Source of the DNA: Pocillopora damicornis | Taxonomy: Eukaryota | Assembly: GCF_003704095.1 (NCBI RefSeq) | Contig: NW_020843829.1 | Span: 1,178,001 to 1,242,000, forward strand | Direction of reading: 5' to 3' | Length of the DNA: 64,000 nt | In this document: piece by piece, positions 46,801-57,210 of the stretch | Position numbering within the stretch: the first letter of the stretch is position 1 | Layout of the letters: every line of letters begins with the position of its first letter | The notes under the pieces: generated by a model | Databases searched by the model: none | Seen by the model: the letters and a program-made list of their open reading frames with translations, nothing else | Told to the model about the DNA's origin: nothing | Position numbers and translations under genes: made by a program

Positions 46801-49773
46801 TATTGACAACGCTTGCAGAACTAAAAATAGTACATAATCACAACGTAAATATTTCATAATCACCTGATATTTCCCTTGTTCGTTCCGTACTTTATGTGCT
46901 TACAAATCGCCTCGAACATTTCGGAGGGTGTGTTCACATGTCGAGCGTCGAATACCTAAAACAAATGAAATGACATAAGTACGAATCAATGGCCTCAGTA
47001 GCTCAGTGATGCAAAAGCTTGAAATGGGACAGAAATTTACGTTAGAGGTATGGGGGAATGCATTGTTCCCATAATAAGCAAGAAAGACGGGATGTCTGAA
47101 TTTTCGCAAGAATCAATTCAAATTTTCCAGCACTTAAACACTGATAGTTTCAAAGTAAAATTGGAACTGGATAATGCATGGATATTACAGGGAGAAGTTA
47201 CACGTTAATCACTTCTGGAAGTTAAAGGATTAAAGGAGCAAGGTGACGCTGTAGAATTTCTTAACGATTTAGCCTTGATTTTCAAGCTCGTCATTAATTT
47301 GCTTTCCTCCTAACACTGCTTGTAGAGACAGAGTGACTCACTTGAAGTTTGTTCCACTGAATTCGTCCTATACATCGAGGGGCATTTCTCCAAGCCATTC
47401 TACATCCAAAGATGAGCTCCTTTTCTGTGAGTTCATAGGTCCCAGTCTTTTCAATCTCCTTCATTACTTCCCCTAAACGCAGCTTGTGGGCCGAACTATT
47501 CTCACTGAAGAAAAGGAACGACAAATCAGCCAGTGGAACTTATCTCGATTAAGGAATCGGGTACTCATTTACAATATTTGAAATTTTGCTAAGACTGATG
47601 GACAATTTCCTGATAGCTTGTTTTATCAGAAACCTTCCAAGGAAGGGCTGTTCAAACCATGATCAAGTTAAAACAAAGTTAGCGCATTTTCTTTACTAAC
47701 CCTAGCTTGTAGCTCTGCAGACAATTTTACTGTTAATAATTCTATATCCTTCACCACTACTTTACAGTCAGATTCAACCCAACGAAACTTTAGTTCTCAT
47801 AACGCTTTTCCATACCAGAAGAGTCAGTACCAAGTCTTCAAATGCCAATACTGCACTAGTAAAGACGTCTGTCACTATTTGAGTACTTCATATGAGTTCT
47901 GATTTACACTTGCGACACAACGACACAAAGAAAAGATATTTTTTCCACCTAATATCATTTCCTTAATATTGTATCGTGTTATTTTCATCTTATTTCTCTT
48001 TCAACAATGCTCATTAAAACTGAGGCTTAGGTATTGATATTTCATTTTAGAAGAGTGATTTAAATCTCAATTTTTTTCCGTTTCCGCCAATGTACCATTG
48101 TATACTCGAGCTTTTTTCTAAAACTCACAGTTTCATGGCTCCGTAATACTGCTGGAGGAAATCCTTAGCCTGAACTATCACCTCCTCTGGTTGCCGCGGT
48201 ACACCATAAAGCCTCTTAGGAGCAGCTTCTCCCCCGTATGGCTGCATCAAAGACCCCAAGCAACGACCTGCAGTGCAGTTTATAGGCTGGAAAAACAAAG
48301 ATGCTGTTGTTTATAACGGTCGGTCCACAAACAGTTTTTACAAATTTCAGGCTCTATTCATTTACGACCTCATACACAGTAACTTTAAAGTATCAAAGCC
48401 CTCGTACTTCTAACGAAAGGGTTAAATAAATGGAAGAAGAAAAAGCAAAATAGCTGAATGAATCATTTTTAGAGCGCGACGGATCATCCACGTAACTTGA
48501 AAATAATAATTTTTGATGAAATAAATTTCATTCGACCTGCGGATGAAAATCAAGTGAAGCAATCCACCTCACAGGTGGATTACAATTTAAAGAATTGCAA
48601 ATAAGAAGCCTGGAACAATTCAGGCTTCGACGGGATTCGAACCCGTGCCTTGAGAATTCTGTTGAAAATATTTATTGACGATAGTGTTCACTCAACACTA
48701 CTGACTACGTTATTTTTGCTATTGATTTGGAAAAGCCGGAAAAATATTTGCTAGCAATATTGATCATTAAATGATGTTTTTCGGGTGGAAGGGGAAGAGA
48801 ATTTCTCGGAATTCACGAAGATATATTTTCTGATAGGAGCTCCTGTTTGCTAATTTTACTGTCCACCACTTTTTTTATCAAAAATTTTTATCAAAACAGC
48901 GTACTGAAAATGTTTACAACAATTCAAGGACAGGTCATAATTTTTGAGTTAGAAGTGGGTGGCGATGGCTAAGTGGATAATCATTAAGCTCTTTTGAAAC
49001 TGTTTGCTTACCAATACGCAATCAGGACAACTACCATTAGACACGTTTAAGGGACAAAAGTGGCAACTTACAATCATGGCCTTTTGATGTAGAGTGTCCG
49101 TCGTGTACTTGCCATCGAGGAGATTCTGTAACCTGACATATTTCGGATTTTGTGGTTTTGACAAAAAGTTGGTGACCGGGCAACCTTTGGATTGGAGTGA
49201 CTCGCTGAGTATTTCACTTTCGTTTTCTGGATGTCCGTTGGCCATAGTTTGAGACGGTGGCGCTTCAGGATCTTCGTTCTCAACATGATGCTTTTTTCCT
49301 GCGTCTTCACTTGTAGAAACTGGCCCTACTTGGGTGGTTTGTGCTTGATCCATATGTGATTCACCATTTACCTCTCCGTTCAAGTCCTTGTTAGCTTTTG
49401 GAGTACTTGGCGTTCGTGGCCTGTTTTTTCGCACCGTCTTTACAGAACCTTTGTCGTCGAAGGCCGTTTCTAGGTACGCTTGAAACCCGTCCTTGGCACG
49501 TAGTTTCATCGCAATCACCTCGCCGGTGGGAACTTTGTCGATAATCTCTAACGCCTTATGGTATGGCATGCTCTCCACAGACTTCCCATCCACTTCAAGA
49601 ATTACGTCCCCAGTTTGTATCAAACCCGTCTCGTGAGCTACTCCTCCCTTAACGACGTGCGACACAACGAGGTAAGGACTTTCGCTTCGCTTACTCGTCA
49701 CAAAACCCACTCCGCCAAGTTTCCGCTTTGCGATGTTAACAATAATACTGCCGTCGCTGGAATTGGCATCCAT
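28888..49773 (-). CDS. NOS: Nitric oxide synthase, PDZ-containing nNOS (NOS1)-like, 33 coding exons, 1456 aa
   Basis: Exons: 49773-49072, 48286-48129, 47504-47342, 46955-46864, 46093-45952, 45739-45600, 45022-44912, 44736-44673, 44488-44387, 44140-44072, 43271-43188, 42896-42855, 42605-42520, 41872-41728, 41296-41192, 40858-40815, 40592-40482, 40081-39907, 39554-39374, 38990-38912, 35431-35247, 34978-34842, 34452-34408, 34279-34154, 33290-33206, 32808-32721, 32410-31942, 31628-31503, 31034-30969, 30497-30412, 30093-30057, 29836-29757, 28933-28888. They sum to 4371 nt in one open frame. Motifs: Zn CTAGRC, heme [34 protein letters not shown], Ca[72 protein letters not shown]. The last three exons are less certain. 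Confidence 0.96.
29081..29269. mobile_element. Hairpin MITE in the last NOS intron
   Basis: Internal inverted repeat ATAGTAAACGGCGC / GCGCCGTTTACTAT with AGCCT/AGGCT ends. Confidence 0.55.
31942..32410 (-). CDS. NOS: NOS reductase (NADPH-binding) exon with long S/T/P-rich insert
   Basis: [30 protein letters not shown]...[10 protein letters not shown]...[10 protein letters not shown]|GT. Confidence 0.93.
36647..37648 (-). CDS. Orphan intronless ORF (333 aa from ATG 37648; 341 codons stop-to-stop) nested in NOS intron 20, same strand
   Basis: 1026-nt open frame in a more GC-rich island within an AT-rich intron. It is preceded by a possible acceptor (tgtctag|37672), has aacATG, and a downstream AATAAA near 36038-36043. 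Basic, low-complexity, no recognisable domain. Confidence 0.6.
   Translation of the reverse strand: MSRKTQTQTMMELCEAFRNRNHCCSPGDTGLKQPEGVTTQTSFSKIQETSDIFCYRDTSLLTNEETPTISCTALSTKCEEAPVTANSSSQSVTGEQKEAYCCASKAPKKNTLCLPAINERRIRELSCSLVQDQFPFREKQVEVHCCKITQSLVKHPEGQQKERRRGVAVAKPVLTSRKNDIVQSSRKRSPAVQTEGEILRPSLVRRTRVTVMVSKRQGDEPAMERSTKISHRKNTIGGCHEPRSVSEKPGKIKNKQSVKRNQITKRQQKVTGDQMQPIDRRVAPVVQVVHLRRVARQNVTGDVQVTDRRDGLCAQTSPDQQQLMFMRVLRKRF
37778..37960 (+). repeat. Short imperfect direct duplication
   Basis: CAGAAACGACGTAAATGT...TCAAATTGAA.TCACGGAATCGTTACCTGTTGCT appears twice. Confidence 0.75.
38180..38213 (+). ncRNA. Minimal type-I hammerhead ribozyme motif (Penelope-like element terminus)
   Basis: GCT-CTGACGA-A-GGG TTACCG CCC-GAAA-CGTC-AGC: CUGANGA and GAAA core, 3-bp stem II, ACGT palindromic stem III, GUC cleavage triplet, GCT/AGC stem I. 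Confidence 0.7.
41469..41681 (+). mobile_element. Full-length ~210-bp coral MITE
   Basis: TTAACCTTT...CCTAACATCAGTATG...GGAGAATTTG..AACAATCAAG...GTAAGGAGAAAT...GGTCAC...GGGGTTAA. Other copies at about 17385-17510, 29870-30031, 33551-33751, 8731-8830 (reverse) and 11880-12220 (reverse, interrupted). Confidence 0.8.
43337..43699. mobile_element. MITE with 14-bp TIRs
   Basis: AGGGACCTTTAGCA ... TGCTAAAGGTCCCT, with subterminal ACGGCAACG/CGTCGCCGTCG motifs. Confidence 0.85.
46310..46446. mobile_element. MITE (CCAGGCC..TGTTCAAA / TTCGAACAACCGGGGCCCTGG) with internal TATCCAGTGGATA repeats, inside a SINE-like relic
   Basis: Imperfect TIRs and internal palindromic repeats. Flanks (46203-46300, 46447-46470) resemble a tRNA-derived SINE. 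Confidence 0.65.
48535..48650 (-). mobile_element. tRNA-derived SINE fragment
   Basis: B-box GGTTCGAATCC on the minus strand followed by GAAGCCTGAA; a related fragment lies at about 10455-10515. No cloverleaf. Confidence 0.6.
49072..49773 (-). CDS. NOS: NOS first coding exon: PDZ domain, beta-finger and linker
   Basis: KRKLGGVGF carboxylate loop, [34 protein letters not shown] beta-finger. The exon's acceptor (exon starts 49818) implies an upstream 5'UTR exon. Confidence 0.93.
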
Positions 49774-52700
49774 GTTGTCTCTTTTTACAAGTATCGTCCA
49801 CAACAAAACGACACAAACCTGGAAAATATACAGCAGTTATTGTGTAGTGTTATTAAAGCCACTTCAGATAAAAGTGTGAATGATATGCTTTTCAGGGATA
49901 CTCAGAGAGTTTATAACTGGAAAAGCCTCTCGTGATTCCGTGGTTCTTTTTGCAAACAGAAAACAGATAAAATCTGAAGGGATTTCTTCCTACGCGTGTT
50001 TAATTATTAATGGCCTTTCTCGTAAACATGCCATTACTTTACGATGTTTTCGTGAACAAAAATGACCAAAGAATGTGACTCTCACGTTATTTGGTTTTCA
50101 TTTGTATCTAACGCGATCAGCTCAGTGACTTTTCAACTGATTTTAAGAGGCTTAAAGAAGAGATTGTCCTCGTCAGGTCAGTTCACAGTTCACATGCGAT
50201 TTTAAACCTATCGCACCACCCCCAATAAAATATTCAGTAAACTGATGGGTAAAGTCATGAACATAATTTGGCATTCCCGGACCTTAAAACACTGTGAAAG
50301 GGGTGAGAGCGGCGATAATAGCTACTCTCGAACAAATCAAGGTGTTTGTTTAATACTCCTCCGAACTGACTGTGGAAACCGTAACTTCTCGACCATTTTT
50401 ACGGAACATCGACCTGCTATTTTCCCTGTTTATCGACATTCAAGGACAAACTACTAATTCAAAGTCACGTTACATATGTATCTACTAACTAATCGAGTTT
50501 CAAAAAACTGCTGTCCTCTTTGAGAAGATTGTTTTAAAAGCAATTTCTTCTTAAATCATCTCTCATGCCACCACAAACTTTTTTAGTCCCACACGTTAAG
50601 ACAAATTTTGCGGTTTAATGTTGGCGAGATTTTAAACAGCCGATTCCCATTGTTATCTCAGCCTCAATATGTACTTATTGAATGAGTAGAAGGGCCATAC
50701 GGTTGAATATTTTGTTCAGGGTCATGACGCACATACCTTTCCTCATTCGGTCCATATTTTCCTGTGTGGTCCAATCAAACTCTGTCAATAAGTATTTTAT
50801 CGTGTGACCACTAAGTCTTTAAACTGTATGATATTATGTTTGAAACCAAATAGACCGCGACTGCCCACTTAAAAAAAACGGAGCGCATTGGAGATTCTAC
50901 AATAAAAACTTTTTCCTTTATTTTTTTCGAGTCAGAACAAGAAAATCACAATTTACTGAAAAACGCGCCTTATCTTCTCATTTCCGTTACATTGCAGGTT
51001 TAAGTCCACAATTCAAATTCACGTTCTAGGAGATCACAACCAACAGAGATCCGTGTGTGTGAGTTTTCGGACGGCTTTTCCCGGATCGGCTCACGTCAAC
51101 TTGTTCGGCCCTGCGTGCGTCAGCTTTCAGTATTTTATAGGATTGCGTGACCCAGGCGGTGTGGATCATATGATAAAACACAATATTAAATACTAGTTTT
51201 AAGCGTTGGTTAAAAAGTCTAAAAAGGTACCTATTTGCAATACCACGGCTCAGGAATTTGTGCTCGATTCCCTCAAAAAACTTTAAGTGCCAAACATAAA
51301 TGTTGATAGTATTTATAGTCGACAGGGGCGGTCGGCACCATACTCTATATCTAGATATTTAATTTTTCGTGGCTAAATAATATATTTGTACGGGTACGTG
51401 TGACAACTTTTAAACCGCCCACCTAAATGTAAAATAAGGTCACCAAAACAATGTTTCTATGTTTCGCCTGAGAAAGAAACACCAAAACAAGCAAAACTAA
51501 CTAAGCCATGCATTGAGCAGGCATTTCAGTTAAGTCCTGAGGTATTTTCTTTTCATGAAAATTAAGCTTACACGTGCAAAGCAAGCCTGAGCTGAGGGAC
51601 AAACATAAGCTCGGTGATATTTACAAGTGAATCAGCATCGGACCTATAGTGACATTTGCTGCTGCGGGAACACAAATTTTTGTCGGGACCGGCTCACGAC
51701 AACCGATCAGTTCAATGGTGACATTCAACACTAATTCCCAAACAAAATAGGACCGCTCTATTCTTTCCCGCCTAAAATAAGTTCTGCCTTCAGTGATTGT
51801 CTTCTTCTTTCTTTTTTCTTTTTTGTTTCAAATTCTTCTTCGCTGTAGTCTTATTTTTGTCCAAAGTTATTTTAAGAAGCTACGAAGCAAGTGCACTCGC
51901 TGCGTGGCTAAATATTTGCTAAATTGGGTCTTAGTCTCTAACAATCCTAATGTTAAGCAATAAACAGAGAAGCAATGGAGCAGATAATGACACTCATCAT
52001 TTAGTTTCACAAAGTGCCGTTCTGAGTGCATGAATTTACACTCACTACTTTGCTATATGTCTACTGTGGCGCTCTAAAGTATACTCGATTATAAACGAGC
52101 GTTCATTAAAATTTGATATTTTTGGTTTACATACAACAACTCCTTTCCTTTCACCAAACTTCAGTCAGTGGACCATTGAAATAGGGAGGCGATCTTTGTT
52201 AGTAGTGAGACTTCATTCGAACAAATTACAAATTTTCTTAAGGTAAAAGCCAACTGAACACCACAGAAACTTGAAATGAAAACGAATAAAAAAATCATCC
52301 TTTCACAGTCAGAGTTACAGTCATTTCATGGTGAGCGGTAAAACCTAATAATCGGCGTGTCATACCCTGGAACATACAAACCACACTAAATGATTGGGAG
52401 CATTAATTTGTCTTCCCAAGAGTAGACATCTCAATAGTTTTCTTCAACATAAGTATAATTGGGATACCTTGGAGCCTAATTAAGGGTCATGTGATGTGGA
52501 CCAACGAGCAAGGTTGGTTCCTCGCCTTATCTTAAAAAAACCTAAAAACAAGATCTCAAATATTCTAGAGGTTTAAAAAACGCAGATTTAAAAAAGGGAG
52601 AAAGAAGAATTGCTCCACACGGAGGTTTTTATTTTCACATGCCATCCGTCCCACCAAGTCATGGTCCTTTTTTTTCGTGAGTCGAATCGTCGTATCAAAT

Positions 52701-54999
52701 TATCACACCAAATTAGCTAATAATACGGACTGCGAGGAAACGTCAAACCTGGTCTGTGATAAATGTCCTGACTGTTACGTTAATCAGTCCAAAGAATATT
52801 TTTACACAAATCAGTAAAGATTTCAGGCTCTTACTTCTCTTCAAGTCAAAACTGGCTTTTAGTGGAGTCAGCAAAACAGGTTCATGCAGCATTATAAATT
52901 TACCCTTCCATGCAACAATGTCAATATCAAAGCGCGTTCACAAGGAAACAAAGAATTGTGTAGATACATATGAATCTGAAGACTATCATAAGTGCGCTTC
53001 AGTCATTTTTAGGATTATAGTAATAGGTTCTTCCTTCGTAAAAGACTAAAATTGTTAAAAACCAGGATATTGAATTTACGTCTAAAGATGGCTCACTTTA
53101 AGGTTCCTGTCATCAAACTTACGCCGAAAGTAAAAAATATGTCTTCACATCGTGGTTTTTTTGATGTGGTTAGACTGATAAACGAAAAGCATTAAGTATT
53201 TTTTTCTTAATCTGGTTGCCACAGAAAAATGCACGAACTTTTAAGTGAAATACGACATCAGCAAGACCATGCAGATGAACTTTGGATTAACAGTTTTCGT
53301 GGTAATAACATTTCCAATCATTATATGATTCATTTGCAAAGTCATCTTAAAAGAAACGCTTGATAATAATTCCGTTTCCTCCTAAATGATAAGTCGTAAT
53401 TTGTCATGCTAACAGTATTATGAGGCCGCCCGACAGCAGCCACTATATAGCGAGGCATATTTGTCAATATTTGCTCGTCAGACAACAGGATATCTCACAA
53501 GAAATGTGTTTAAAATTCATAGGCCAATAGAATAACCAAAATAATCACGAATGCGTAAAACAGTGATTTACTTAGGGCTATTAAGACAAAACAAAATTTT
53601 CAAAAGGATGCAAGAAAAGTATAGGTTAAAGCGCATTTTAACTTGGTAAAATTACCGCGAAACATATACGCCACAAAGAACATATTTTCGACATCAGAAT
53701 AGCTTATCACGTTACTATTTCTTAAACATACATATTCGGAAAAAAACTAGAAAGCGATATTCTTGGAGAAAAAGTATAACTGGAAGGTCTACTCACTGCT
53801 TTTACCCGAGCGGTTTGTTAGAAATATGGCAAAACCTGGCAGACACCTTCACCCACAAGAATAAAGCAAAATAAACTCAGCTTATGGATGCAATATGTAC
53901 TGTCACAAGCTGGTGATTTGTCATTTACACAAGGCTAATTAAAATTTAACACTTGTACAAGAGGGCATAGGAAAGCAAATTGTGGTTTTCCCGATCTCAT
54001 GTCAGATAAATAAAATATCACTTGGCAAGCCAAATATGTCATTACGATGATTGTATATTCTTCGTTGATTCCGCTAATGTACGTGCTTGATCAAAGTCAT
54101 CATTTAGGAGGAAACAATGATTGAAAACCTTCAGCTTTCTAACTATTATTATACTTTTCCGAATACAAAATAAGATGTTGAAATCTGATAATATCTGACA
54201 GGTATATACATTTAAAAAAAATTCGGGCTTTTTTTTTTCAATTTATTTTTATCAGGCGTTATATCGTTTTCTTTCTGTCGGCTTTCGGAGTCGTACCTCT
54301 AATTCTTGCTCCGTTTGCCAAAGGCGTCCTATTATTTCAATTTGAAGGTGTTAAAGCACAGTTAAAATTCATACGAAATATGACGTTGCTATGATTTTTC
54401 TACTCCACTAGGCTGAATAAATACACAAACGTGCTTATAAAAAAAAGGAACCAAAATTTTCAAATTTAACTCACAAAAATGCTCCGGTTGAATCGCACGT
54501 CTATACATTCACAATAAATTTATCTTAATTTGGTCCAAAGACTGAATAGGAAAGCTATATGAATCGGAAAGGATTTTTTGCGCTCTTATCATAGTTGCGG
54601 CAGCAAAACCACCAGAAAAAGAAGCTGATTGACGAGTTCAATGTCCGATGTTGCCTGTTTCTGTTATGCAATATGATTAAAACATTATTGGATACAGGAA
54701 GGAGATAAGATCAACACGTATTAAGTTCGCGGTTTGAATCTCGAGCTGAAAGACTTTTGCCAAAGTAAATATAATACAATAAATCTATTGTAATATCTTT
54801 AACAAAGGGATTACAACATCTTTGAGCTAATTAACTGACACAGTTACCATAAATATGTCCATCGACGCTGTAGCTAACAGCTTAGGTGTCAGACTCAAGT
54901 TCTAGTTTCTACTGTAGTTCAGTTGTCTCAAGCAGAAATTCATATTAAACAGCAAATTTTTTATCAACACATCTTCAAAACAATTTTGAAACCACTCCA

Positions 55000-55450
55000 T
55001 TAACATATGCGATAACCAAGCCTTGACATTATTTTACAACCAACCAATCCTTGACGCTTTGTTAAAATCCACCCTTGACACAATGTTACCACGGTACAAT
55101 CAAGCCTTGGAACCATGTTCTTACCCATCCTTAGGACAATGGTAAAATCTACCCTTGGCACCATCTCACCATGTTAAAATCCATCCTCTGCACTATGTTA
55201 CAATGGTGCAGCCTACCCTTGGTACCATGTTATACCCATCCTTGATACCACGTCATAATTTCACCTTGAGACCATGTCACCACACATCCTCGATATCATG
55301 GTAGAATCCTCCCTTGGCACACATACTTGATACCATGTTACAATCCCATCCCTGACCGCATCAGTTAGAATTCATACTTGACGGCAAGTTACAAGCAAGC
55401 TTGCTTACCATGTAACACCGCAGCCTTGGAATCATTTTAGAAGCCATCCT
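55000..55450 (+). repeat. Degenerate ~20-23-bp tandem array
   Basis: Recurring ACCATGTTA(C/A)AATCCACCCTTG(G/A) units. Confidence 0.75.
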
Positions 55451-56880
55451 AAAAAACCATATTGCTTACCGTCCTAAAGACTGTTGTAACTCATTTGGTA
55501 CTTCACGCTATTTTTGGTTTCGTCACGTGTCCTTTAATTAGTTGCCAAACATTTATTTATTTATTTATTTATTTTCGTTCTGCGCGGTTGACTTGTTTGA
55601 GTCACGCTCGGGTTGAATAAACAAAGAAATTCTATGAAAATTATTAAAAATTATGCCAAAAAGTGCGTAATCCACTTTCAAGCCCTCGCGTTTTAAAACT
55701 TATCACAAGAAATGTTATCGTCTTGAAATTGTTTTATCACTACATTTGAATAAGTCCTTTCGAAGTAGCTCTTTGAGATAGAAGCAATAATTGTGCCATT
55801 AGTTTTGACTTTTGACGTTCTCGACTTTGATGCTTTTTGACTTGTTTTATTGCTTTCTTTACACAGGCACAACAGGTGCTTTCATTCGTTTCTTAACAAC
55901 TATTTCATGAGCACATTATGGGTATGGGATGGCAGACAGCTTAAGAGACACTGCTCAGCCAATTGGCCGTAAACATAACCTAAAAACCCGTGTGAAACAA
56001 TTACGACCATGAGACCTCCTTCGGCCAGGATACAATGGATCAGACAGCATTATGACTCAGACAGTTAAAACTCTCGGATCCCACCATCCAGCATAGCGTA
56101 GCCAACACATCTTAAAATTCTGTTATTAAGCGCTAAGCTGTTGGTTGTTAGAATTCAATCTTAAAAGTTGGAATAGAGGCTTTAAAACCAGAAAAAGGGG
56201 CAGGACTTTCAACAGTTAATCTCAAAGAGGAAGGTAGACAATATTAAAAAAATCAACCAGTTTACAGTCTGAACAGATTATCTTAATTTGGAAGTCCAGA
56301 AAGGATCATATAGTCACGAACGATCTTTGCGTGGTTCTCCGATATTCTCCGTTCTTTGAAGTAGTCATGAATTTTCAGCAGCGAGGAGGCACATATTTGA
56401 AAAAATTTCCATTTCTATTTTACAGTATTTTTCCGAAAAAGAGGTTGTATACAGTTTTCAAAACAATTAACTTGAACGATAAGGCAACGGCGCGCCTAGA
56501 GTCTCGAGGTATCTATTTGAAATGTAATTTCGTATAAGTCGCCACAAAAATGAATAATAATGTGCAGCATTGGACGATATCCGTTTAATCAGTATACCTT
56601 AAATGAATCGATAACATCCTCTCACAATTCATAGCTATTTCCATATCCATCCGGCCAGCATCACGCCGTCACTATTATAATTTGATTTAAATCTTTTCTA
56701 CTGGATGTCTTAGTGAATTGAAATGTTTTATGAATGTGCAAACAGCACAACAGAAACGAATCCTTTTCGACAGAATTTTCGTTTCTTGAATAAAAAAACA
56801 TATAGAAAGTAAAAGTAAGTAACTTGAAAACGACGTTCTGGCACACCAAGCACAATTGGTCTGAGGTTAAGTTGTCTTAC

Positions 56881-57210
56881 CTGTTTATCAGCCTATTGGT
56901 AAAAGGTTGACAGGAATGTTGTTGGGATATGTTGAAGCTCGACCTAGGACTTTTCCTTTTAAAGTGTAAGCAGACAGCGATGTGGACCAATTTGCAAACT
57001 GGTCGTGAACGGCTGTGTTGACAGAATCAAGGCGTGTTTGCATTTGCTACTGAAGCAGTTTGATCATTTTATATAGTGCAGTTTAATTGAACTCAATACG
57101 TCACTGTCACTTTTAAGACGGACTAAGTAACAAGATATATTTTTATAGATTATCGACGCATGTACCAGATAACAACCTCAACCAATACTGAGTCAGTTAA
57201 AAATTTCCAT
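56881..57210 (-). promoter_or_regulatory. Candidate NOS promoter and non-coding first exon
   Basis: Minus-strand TATATAAAA (57075-57067), Inr-like TCAGT at about 57051, perfect donor CAG|GTAAGA at 56881/56880. Upstream CRE half-site TGACGT (57098-57103) and AP-1 TGAGTCA (57189-57195). Confidence 0.45.

Noticed and set aside
48620-48650. tRNA gene
   Set aside because: Only a B-box/T-arm-like piece; context is a SINE fragment.
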